In this document: positions 9,486 through 16,663 of the stretch, piece after piece
Layout of the letters: the number at the start of each line of letters is the position of its first letter
Position numbering within the stretch: position 1 is the stretch's first letter
Origin: an uncultured virus (IMG/VR IMGVR_UViG_3300032116_011488)
Taxonomy: Duplodnaviria; Heunggongvirae; Uroviricota; Caudoviricetes
Length of the DNA stretch: 20,000 nucleotides
Strand: one strand, 5' to 3'
Virus record (IMG/VR): IMGVR_UViG_3300032116_011488
Coordinates: 53,317 to 73,316 of that record
Notes under the pieces: model-generated
Told to the model about the DNA's origin: nothing
Database searches by the model: none
Seen by the model: only the letters and a program-made list of their open reading frames with translations
Program-made: the position numbers and the translations under genes

Positions 9486-9703
9486 CAGTTCATATAAAAA
9501 GACATATTGCAAAAGCAATTACATATAGAATAGTAGGTACCTTGACAACATTTATTATTTCGTATATATTTACGGGTAGTATATCTCTATCATCCGCGAT
9601 AGGGGCCACAGAATTAATAGTCAAACCCGTCAATTATTTTTTACACGAACGGGCGTGGTATAAGTGGATTAAATTTGGTCTTACTAATAAGAACGAGGAA
9701 TAA
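9482..9703 (+). CDS. DUF2061-like small membrane protein (copy 2)
   Basis: KRHIAKAITYRIVGT...E...K...YFLHERAW matches the DUF2061 pattern. Confidence 0.85.
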   Translation: MTVHIKRHIAKAITYRIVGTLTTFIISYIFTGSISLSSAIGATELIVKPVNYFLHERAWYKWIKFGLTNKNEE

Positions 9704-9706
9704 TAT

Positions 9707-10471
9707 ATGAGAATTTTGGTTATGGGATTGCCTGGGTCTGGAAAGACTACATTATCTAAGGTATTGGCGGAAAAGTTAGATGCCGCTTACTTCAATGCAG
9801 ACGAAGTACGGAAACAGTTCAACGATTGGGACTTTTCTGAAACTGGTCGTAAACGTCAAGCATATCGGATGCGGGAACTTTGTGATATGTCAGAAACGTA
9901 TCATACGGTGGCAGATTTTGTCTGTCCCACAGAAGAAACCCGTGAACTCTTCTTACCAGATTTTATTGTGTTTATGAATACAATAGATGCTGGGAGATTT
10001 GAGGATACCAATAGAGTGTTTGAGGTACCCGAAAAGGTAAATGTATTGGTGAATGGATGGATAGACACAAATACACAAGCAGATATTATCATTGAACAAA
10101 TCAAGAAAGTGGACGTACATTTTGGTTGGCAGAATCCTACGGGACTGATGATTGGTCGGTTCCAACCATTCCACGATGGGCACTTGAAGTTATTTGAGAC
10201 TATCTTGGAGAAGGAAGGTCAGGTACTTATTGCGGTCAGAGACACCTATAATACCGACGAAAAGAACCCATTCAATTATGTGGAGGTTATCGAAGGAATC
10301 CACAAGAAGCTGGAAAATAAGTACCGTGGAAAATACTATATAATGTCTGTCCCGAATATCACTGGGGTCTATTATGGTCGGGATGTGGGATATAAAGTCG
10401 AGAAAATCAATCTGGACCCACAAACTGAATCGATTTCTGCTACCCAAATTCGGAAGGAAATGGGGAAGTAA
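9707..10471 (+). CDS. cysC: Adenylylsulfate (APS) kinase-like domain fused to an HxGH nucleotidyltransferase domain
   Basis: The N-domain has MGLPGSGKTTL, NADEVR, DFS..GR.RQ, ADFVCP and FEVP. The C-domain (from about 10130) has GRFQPFHDGH, NPF, YGRDVGY and ISATQIR. Confidence 0.8.
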   Translation: MRILVMGLPGSGKTTLSKVLAEKLDAAYFNADEVRKQFNDWDFSETGRKRQAYRMRELCDMSETYHTVADFVCPTEETRELFLPDFIVFMNTIDAGRFEDTNRVFEVPEKVNVLVNGWIDTNTQADIIIEQIKKVDVHFGWQNPTGLMIGRFQPFHDGHLKLFETILEKEGQVLIAVRDTYNTDEKNPFNYVEVIEGIHKKLENKYRGKYYIMSVPNITGVYYGRDVGYKVEKINLDPQTESISATQIRKEMGK

Positions 10472-10472
10472 A

Positions 10473-10482
10473 CGATATTTAT
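10473..10482 (+). promoter_or_regulatory. Putative phage late-promoter motif CGATATTTAT
   Basis: The same GATATTTAT core is intergenic at 14921 and 19874. Here it ends 4 nt before the ATG at 10487. Confidence 0.5.
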
Positions 10483-10486
10483 TAGT

Positions 10487-11053
10487 ATGCAAGTAAATGT
10501 ACCTGCGAATTGTGAAAGAATAAATGTTTTGTTTTCTGGAGGGGCAGATAGTTCACTATTGGCGTATCTGTTGATAAAGCAAAATACTGATATACCGATA
10601 GTTCTTCATTTTATGAAACATAGGCTGGATTTTCAGAGTCCACACATGACTAACTGCCACAATTGGTTAGAACGACATTTTAATAAGAAAATTTTGTTAA
10701 ATGGATGGGGAAAGACATTTATTAGACAAGCAGTTGAAATGATACTCATAGACTTTCCAGGATATGTGTATAGTGGGTGTAATAAGGTTCCTGAAAACGT
10801 ATTTGTTCCAACGGTTATTATTCCGTACGATACCCCGCCGGTACGTGGTACTGAATATAATGAGTTTCATAAACGTCCGTTCATAGAAATGTTAAAGCCA
10901 GAGTTATATAAAATATACCAGAAAGAAAATATTTTAGATTTATTTAATCTATCTTTTTCTTGCGGGGCTCCTGTAAAAAATGAAGATGGAGTAAATGTTC
11001 CGTGTGGGGGTTGTTTTTTCTGTATGGAACGCGTATGGGGAATGCAAAGTTAA
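10487..11053 (+). CDS. QueC-like PP-loop ATPase (copy 2)
   Basis: LFSGGADSSLL, RPF..MLK, and SFSC-x13-CGGCFFCMER Zn motif. Confidence 0.85.
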   Translation: MQVNVPANCERINVLFSGGADSSLLAYLLIKQNTDIPIVLHFMKHRLDFQSPHMTNCHNWLERHFNKKILLNGWGKTFIRQAVEMILIDFPGYVYSGCNKVPENVFVPTVIIPYDTPPVRGTEYNEFHKRPFIEMLKPELYKIYQKENILDLFNLSFSCGAPVKNEDGVNVPCGGCFFCMERVWGMQS

Positions 11054-11076
11054 TTATACACTAGTTTGGAGATTTT

Positions 11077-12576
11077 ATGTCTGTATATAATGTAGTTTAC
11101 ACCGGAGACACATCAAATCTTGTTACCAGTCTTACCTCCGCAGGTATCACTGTTAACAAAACATTTGAAGCTCTTAAGGTTTTAAATGTTACCTCGGATA
11201 GTTCTGATTTTTCTCAATTTGCACAAATACTTGTAGTTGAGGAAGATATAGAAACCACGCCTGTGTTGGGTGCTTGGGCATTAAATAGAGTAAACAGTAA
11301 GATGTTACCTATGAGAAATGTATATACCCCAAGAAATTATGGCGATAACGTGGTTGTGTATGTTGTGGACTCCGGTATCGACTGGACACATCCAGAACTA
11401 ACACATCTTACTCCAAACAATTTATATTCATATGATGAAAATTTCCAAGACATTATAGGTCACGGAACTGCTATTGCTAGTTTAGTTGCGGGAATGGTAG
11501 TGGGTGCATCTAAGTACGCCGTCTTAAAATCAGTAAAAATTCAAAGTGGAGTTCCCATACCAGTTAGTGATTTATTAACTGCGTTCAATGTAATACTTAC
11601 TGACCACAATGTAACTCCAACAGTTGTAAAAGTTGTAAACTGTTCGTGGTCAGTTGCAAAAAGTCAAATTCTTGATTTAAAAATTCAAGAATTGAAGGAC
11701 GCGGGATTGGTAGTAGTTGCGTCGGCAGGTAATACTGTGTCAGATGCAAACTTACTGTCTCCTGTGGGATTAAACACCGTAATAGGTGTTGGTGCATGTG
11801 ATGCATACGACAGAGTAATTAACTGGGGTCCAGCTGCAGGGTCAAACTGGGGGCCTGATGTAGATATTACTGCGCCAGGAATAGATGTAGAATATGCAAA
11901 TGTTTCCGGTGGACTTATGTTGGGGTCAGGTACATCATTTGCGGCAGCTCTAGTTAGTGGATTAATCTGTCAATATATCTCCGCATATCCAACAAAAACA
12001 GCAGCAGAAATACAAAGTGAATTCCTTGCCGCAGGTTTGCCGGATATGTTGTTTAGAAACGAAACAATATATGGTACTACCCCCAATCTTTTAGCACAAG
12101 CTCTAGCACACGAAGAATTATTCACTTCACCGACACAAGTTTATTACAAAATACAACGTGGAACGGAATTGATTATTCCTATAACCGTGTTATCTCCTGC
12201 AGTAGCCGTACGTATCGATGATATTTTATTTGGTACACACGTACGAGATTGTTTACCGTGGGTGACTAGAAATAGTAATGGTGAGTTGGTAGTTTCACCA
12301 CCAGCAGATTTGTTAGTTGGTGGGTATCGTATGTTTTTAGAAGCATTAGATGAAAACAATCAATCGTTAGAGATACGAGGAATTCGTTTTGGTGTGTACA
12401 ATATAGACCCTAATGAAGTGGATTCAAGTGAACCAGATCAATATTATAGTCATCAAGAAGATGGTACAGTTGTAGTTCGTTTGGACGCATGTGTGTCTAG
12501 TTGTTTTGATACGTGTTCTGAAAGTTTCAAAGAAGGTCAATGTGCTTGTATTGGTGGTGGATGTAGTACTTTTTAA
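11077..12576 (+). CDS. Subtilisin-like S8 serine peptidase with N-terminal prodomain, beta-rich (Ig-like) domain and Cys-rich C-terminal tail
   Basis: The catalytic triad is D98 (VVDSG), H129 (GHGT) and S287 (SGTSFAA), with oxyanion SAGN and VDITAPG. GGAGA RBS upstream. No signal peptide is apparent. Confidence 0.93.
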   Translation: MSVYNVVYTGDTSNLVTSLTSAGITVNKTFEALKVLNVTSDSSDFSQFAQILVVEEDIETTPVLGAWALNRVNSKMLPMRNVYTPRNYGDNVVVYVVDSGIDWTHPELTHLTPNNLYSYDENFQDIIGHGTAIASLVAGMVVGASKYAVLKSVKIQSGVPIPVSDLLTAFNVILTDHNVTPTVVKVVNCSWSVAKSQILDLKIQELKDAGLVVVASAGNTVSDANLLSPVGLNTVIGVGACDAYDRVINWGPAAGSNWGPDVDITAPGIDVEYANVSGGLMLGSGTSFAAALVSGLICQYISAYPTKTAAEIQSEFLAAGLPDMLFRNETIYGTTPNLLAQALAHEELFTSPTQVYYKIQRGTELIIPITVLSPAVAVRIDDILFGTHVRDCLPWVTRNSNGELVVSPPADLLVGGYRMFLEALDENNQSLEIRGIRFGVYNIDPNEVDSSEPDQYYSHQEDGTVVVRLDACVSSCFDTCSESFKEGQCACIGGGCSTF

Positions 12577-12602
12577 AATATGTATAATATAACAGTTATT
12601 AT

Positions 12603-13028
12603 ATGATACGAGTGTATACCGGAGGAACATTTGATTTATTTCACTATGGTCATATGAACTTCCTCCGGCAGTGTTCTGAGTTAGGTGATGAGGTGATAGT
12701 GGCATTAAACACTGACGAGTTCATAGAAAAATATAAAAATCAGAAACCTATACTGTCATACGCAGAACGTTATGAGAGTTTAATGGGTTGCAAATATGTC
12801 ACTCGTATAGTAAAAAATTTGTCAAGTGAGGATAGTAAGCCCACCATCTTGTCAGTACAACCTGATATCATTGCAATTGGAGATGATTGGAAACATAAAA
12901 ACTATTATAAACAAATGATGTTTACTGAAGAATGGCTTCGAGAACATTACATTGAATTGGTGTATTTGCCATACACCTCTATTATTTCTACCACTATTTT
13001 GAAAGAACGTATTAGGTATGGAAAATAA
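12603..13028 (+). CDS. Cytidylyltransferase, TagD (glycerol-3-phosphate cytidylyltransferase)-like
   Basis: Motifs are YTGGTFDLFHYGH, VIVALNTDEF, KPI..YAER, IGDDW and YLPYT..ISTT. Confidence 0.88.
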   Translation: MIRVYTGGTFDLFHYGHMNFLRQCSELGDEVIVALNTDEFIEKYKNQKPILSYAERYESLMGCKYVTRIVKNLSSEDSKPTILSVQPDIIAIGDDWKHKNYYKQMMFTEEWLREHYIELVYLPYTSIISTTILKERIRYGK

Positions 13029-13767
13029 AATTGCAGTTGTTATTCGTGGACAGTTCAGAACTTGGAATTTTTGTAAACATCAAACATTTCACGTATTTGA
13101 ATCTCGCTATCCAGAAGTTGACTGGTATTTTATGTCCTGGGAAGATAGTGTCACAGACTCACAATTAGAAACACTGCAAGAAGATTTCAAAGACAGAAAT
13201 GCCACAATAAAAATACTTGTTCGTGATGAAACTGGAAATAATTCTTGGAATTCTCAACGTCGGTTAGGTTATGAATTACTAGGTAAAATGGATGCCTACA
13301 CACAAATATTTGAAATGCGCCCAGATGTTTATTTGGAGATATCTGACACTCAACAATTTCCAAGTAACAACACACAATGGTATGTTACTGGCCTGAGAAC
13401 TAGAGAAGAAGTGTGTAGGGAATCTGATAGATACATTCGACGAGTAAAGACCAGCATCAACGATTGGTTCTATGTGCAAAATCCTCTCATGTTCCAAAAA
13501 TTCACTGAGTCATATACAGAGTCCATGAAATTGGAAGGACCACGGGCACAACTAGTTGATGTGGCTCTAGGAAACAACATAGAGATTACTGACATCTCTG
13601 ATGTAGTGACCCCATGGGTGCTTCGTCCCACATACACGCCCAACGCACTATTTGGTCATGAAAAATTATGGATGGGGATGGCCAGCAAAGAAAAAATAAA
13701 ATTGTTGGAATCTTTGAATATTCAGATACAAGATTATAAAACTAATAACAGGTTTATTAGTATATGA
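13018..13767 (+). CDS. Hypothetical protein, possible glycan-acting enzyme
   Basis: KIAVVIRGQFRT, RPD and NDWF resemble phage 'KIAxxxxGQxR...RxD...ND' proteins recalled from glycan clusters. The function is tentative. Confidence 0.45.
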   Translation: MENKIAVVIRGQFRTWNFCKHQTFHVFESRYPEVDWYFMSWEDSVTDSQLETLQEDFKDRNATIKILVRDETGNNSWNSQRRLGYELLGKMDAYTQIFEMRPDVYLEISDTQQFPSNNTQWYVTGLRTREEVCRESDRYIRRVKTSINDWFYVQNPLMFQKFTESYTESMKLEGPRAQLVDVALGNNIEITDISDVVTPWVLRPTYTPNALFGHEKLWMGMASKEKIKLLESLNIQIQDYKTNNRFISI

Positions 13768-14675
13768 AATATGAAAGAAGCATTTTGATAAGAAGAACTT
13801 TACCAACTGTTGAGTTTGCACCAAGCTATTTTGGGCAGGTGTTGAAATTTCCACACCAAGGTGTTAGAAAATTTCACAATAACTATGATAGTGAACGCTA
13901 TCAGGATGTTGTAAAATTAGTTAGTGATTTGGAGATTTCTGAAGAGATATGGCCATATTATCACCTCGAAGAAGACTTTTACAAATACAACTCTTTTGGT
14001 TATCGTACTTATGAATTGGATGAACTACAAAAATCTTTTGATATTGCTATAGGTTGTTGTTGTGTGGAGGGGTTAGGGTTAAGGCAGGAAGAAACCTGGG
14101 TACACCATTATGAAAAAAATACTGGCAGACAACTTGTTAACTTAGGAAAAGGTGGTACTGGATCAAACTACATTAATATAAACTTAACTGCCTGGTTGAG
14201 TCATCGCCGGCGTCCAGACAGAGTTATCATTTTTTGGTCAGATCCAACCTCTAAAACAGTGTTTCGTGATAATGGTGATTTTACTACACTGCAATTTGGA
14301 AACCAACGTATACATCCAGTGGTTACTGATGGTGATGAGAACATAAATAAATGGTACAAAGCTGAACTACAAGACCGAGGCATTTCCAGTAATGAATTTG
14401 TCTTGACATATATGAGCACAAATGTTATGTTACACAGTAGTGGTATAGATGTTAGAAACTTTTTTCCTAGCATTTATTGGAAAGAAGAAGATGTAAGAAG
14501 TATAGAACAGTTCACCAACACCCAAGCTCACTATCTGGATTACAACAATGTTAGTGGCGGGTGGTCCTCTTTTCGTGATTATCAATATTTTCCTTCATCT
14601 GACATGACTCATCATGGTTGGCAGCATCAAAAACCAATAGCAACTAAAATAGGTGAAATTTATGAAAATACCTGA
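13764..14675 (+). CDS. SGNH-like protein (copy 5; GCC in place of GCS)
   Basis: Motifs are YKYNSFGYR, AIGCCCVEGLGL..EETW, VNLGKGGTG, IIFWS and DMTHHG. Confidence 0.65.
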   Translation: MKYERSILIRRTLPTVEFAPSYFGQVLKFPHQGVRKFHNNYDSERYQDVVKLVSDLEISEEIWPYYHLEEDFYKYNSFGYRTYELDELQKSFDIAIGCCCVEGLGLRQEETWVHHYEKNTGRQLVNLGKGGTGSNYININLTAWLSHRRRPDRVIIFWSDPTSKTVFRDNGDFTTLQFGNQRIHPVVTDGDENINKWYKAELQDRGISSNEFVLTYMSTNVMLHSSGIDVRNFFPSIYWKEEDVRSIEQFTNTQAHYLDYNNVSGGWSSFRDYQYFPSSDMTHHGWQHQKPIATKIGEIYENT

Positions 14676-14901
14676 TATTAAAGAAATCATTACCGCTTGG
14701 CATCATGCAGCCAACCCTACACCAGAACAACGAGAATTGGCTGAGTATCGTGGTTCTATTTGTGAGAGATGTGAACATAAAGAGTTCCGAACACTTATCA
14801 GATTCTATGTGTGTGGAGCATGTGGGTGTCCAATATCAAAGAAAATATACAGTCCCAAACCAGGCCCAGAAGCTTGTCCTAAAGAGAAGTGGGATAAATA
14901 A
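14662..14901 (+). CDS. Small Cys-rich probable metal-binding protein (DUF6171-like)
   Basis: ATG 14662 with AGGTG upstream. The pattern is R..ICERC, CGACGCP and ACP..KW. Confidence 0.7.
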   Translation: MKIPDIKEIITAWHHAANPTPEQRELAEYRGSICERCEHKEFRTLIRFYVCGACGCPISKKIYSPKPGPEACPKEKWDK

Positions 14902-14919
14902 CGTAATTTATTAGTATTG

Positions 14920-14930
14920 CGATATTTATA
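14920..14930 (+). promoter_or_regulatory. Putative phage late-promoter motif CGATATTTATA
   Basis: Intergenic, 28 nt upstream of the first structural-like gene, and repeated at 10474 and 19874. Confidence 0.55.
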
Positions 14931-14958
14931 CTAGTACACTTTAAGAGTAAACCACAGT

Positions 14959-16395
14959 ATGGGATTCATAAACCAATTCTCACGCAACGTAAATACACGG
15001 ACAGAAACCGTCATCTCTAAAGATGCGGGGTCACCTGATATTGCAAGTTCCTCGCTCCAAACAATGGGTGGGGCATTTGTGTTATTGGATGCCAAGGTGT
15101 CCACAAACCCACCAGTACGACTTAGATTATATACAGATTCATCCAGTATGGTTATAGATGCTAACCGTGCAGCTGGAAACTTTAATCTTTCCCAATCTGT
15201 AGGATTAATTGCAGATATCAATCTCACCACAACAGAAAAACTAGTATTTGCACCGCCGGTAATCGGACACACCAACGCTGGTGGGGAGGTGTGGTATAAT
15301 CTAAGTGGGTCAGGGTTACAAAATGTTACCCTCACTACCTACGCTTTAAGTAATATAGGTGACAGTGAAGATAACAAAGAGGCTATTCATATCAGTGGGT
15401 CACAAGTATTGGTCACAGGTGGGTCGATATACGGAGTTAGTGGAAGTATTACCACCCCAAAGAGTTTTGCAATCTTGAAGGCTAAGGGTACTTATAATTT
15501 CAATGTAGACCAACAATGGGAACGTGGGCTCGCATCGTTTGATCTTGATGGTTGGGAATTTTGGCAAACTCGTTCTCTAACAAGTGAATTACACACAACC
15601 ACTGACCCAACAAAAGTAACCCAACAATTCCCAGAAATTCCAGTCGGGTCTACATTATATGCTGGACAAATTGCAACACGTACCGGAACATTCTGGAAAG
15701 ATGGTAATTTCTACTACTTACCGGTAGACGTAGGAAATGTGTATAGAATTTCTGGTTGGGTATATGGCACGTATGATGGTACTGCTAACGATACATTATT
15801 TGGTAACTATGATATTGGATTTTTAGTCATCGGCGCAGATGCTGGAAATAATCTAATACCCGATTATACCTTTGCACGAACCGCTCCTGCTCCTCGTTGG
15901 CAATATGTATCTGCCGACTTTACCGTTGGAGCAGGTACTTCATCTTTGGTTGTTGGAACATTTATTGATGGACCATATCCAGCAGGTTATGGATACGGTG
16001 CACCAGTATGTACCTCCCCAACGTATGATTTTCAACCAATGGTATGTCCTGGATACGCTTGGTATACTGGATTTACCGTAGAAAATGTAACTGATTTTGC
16101 TAGTAGATTACGACTATATTCTACGGATATTGAAGATGTACCTTTAGCAGAACAAATCAGACCGTTCGGAAATGTTCCAAACTCTGGGTCAAAACTTATC
16201 GCTGATATGATGTTTGATTCTGCAAGTTATCATTATCCGTTAGTTCCTGTATTGGAAGGATTTACTTGGGAAGACCCTAATTATAGTCCTGGTGTCAACC
16301 GTACCAGTTACATACTAGAAAATTTATCTGCGGTAGCCACAGTATATTCTGGTTCATTAAACGCAGACCTTACCATTTATAACTTAGAAGATTAA
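14959..16395 (+). CDS. Probable virion structural protein: two RLRLY repeats with an inserted carbohydrate-binding-like domain
   Basis: G/S/T-rich beta-type composition with an internal repeat RLRLY...R..G....LIAD...P...G.T...Y.L. The middle region has YRISGWV and WQYVSADFTV, which is CBM4/9-like. Confidence 0.6.
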   Translation: MGFINQFSRNVNTRTETVISKDAGSPDIASSSLQTMGGAFVLLDAKVSTNPPVRLRLYTDSSSMVIDANRAAGNFNLSQSVGLIADINLTTTEKLVFAPPVIGHTNAGGEVWYNLSGSGLQNVTLTTYALSNIGDSEDNKEAIHISGSQVLVTGGSIYGVSGSITTPKSFAILKAKGTYNFNVDQQWERGLASFDLDGWEFWQTRSLTSELHTTTDPTKVTQQFPEIPVGSTLYAGQIATRTGTFWKDGNFYYLPVDVGNVYRISGWVYGTYDGTANDTLFGNYDIGFLVIGADAGNNLIPDYTFARTAPAPRWQYVSADFTVGAGTSSLVVGTFIDGPYPAGYGYGAPVCTSPTYDFQPMVCPGYAWYTGFTVENVTDFASRLRLYSTDIEDVPLAEQIRPFGNVPNSGSKLIADMMFDSASYHYPLVPVLEGFTWEDPNYSPGVNRTSYILENLSAVATVYSGSLNADLTIYNLED

Positions 16396-16398
16396 CCT

Positions 16399-16662
16399 AT
16401 GCGTTTTTATCCATTTGGGTCCAGTTCGCTAAACCAGATATATAATACTACACTTGCGACCACTGCCTCGTTGTCAACTTATGCAGCATCTGCGAGTTTC
16501 GCAACACGCATACTCAGTGCATCGTTTGCAATTTCTGGTTCACGTGGAATTGCTGGTACAGACGGTAGTTGTAGTTTCACCCCAGGACTTACAGGCGACA
16601 TAGGAATTCAAGGAATTGGTGGTTCGGCTGGTGGGGTATCCTTAGCAGTAGGAGTACCATAA
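16399..16662 (+). CDS. Small collagen-like probable fibre/decoration protein
   Basis: MRFYPFG start, ASxA repeats, and G-X-Y runs GSR GIA GTD GSC and GLT GDI GIQ GIG GSA. Confidence 0.6.
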   Translation: MRFYPFGSSSLNQIYNTTLATTASLSTYAASASFATRILSASFAISGSRGIAGTDGSCSFTPGLTGDIGIQGIGGSAGGVSLAVGVP

Positions 16663-16663
16663 C

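Noticed and set aside
8252..11053. 7-deazaguanine DNA modification, or Qat/CBASS defence system
   Set aside because: No folE/queD/queE/dpdA, qatABD or CD-NTase genes are in the window, and canonical QueC substrate motifs are missing. It cannot be excluded genome-wide.
12577..12602. TATAAT at 12583-12588 and an imperfect palindrome (ATAAC-A-GTTAT) before the cytidylyltransferase
   Set aside because: There is no credible -35 or TGn extension, and such matches are expected by chance in AT-rich spacers.
1..14900. Bacterial O-antigen/capsule locus
   Set aside because: No wzx/wzy/ABC exporter or typical NDP-sugar core genes are present. Phage-like fibre, SNF2 and baseplate genes and the compact overlaps favour a phage origin.
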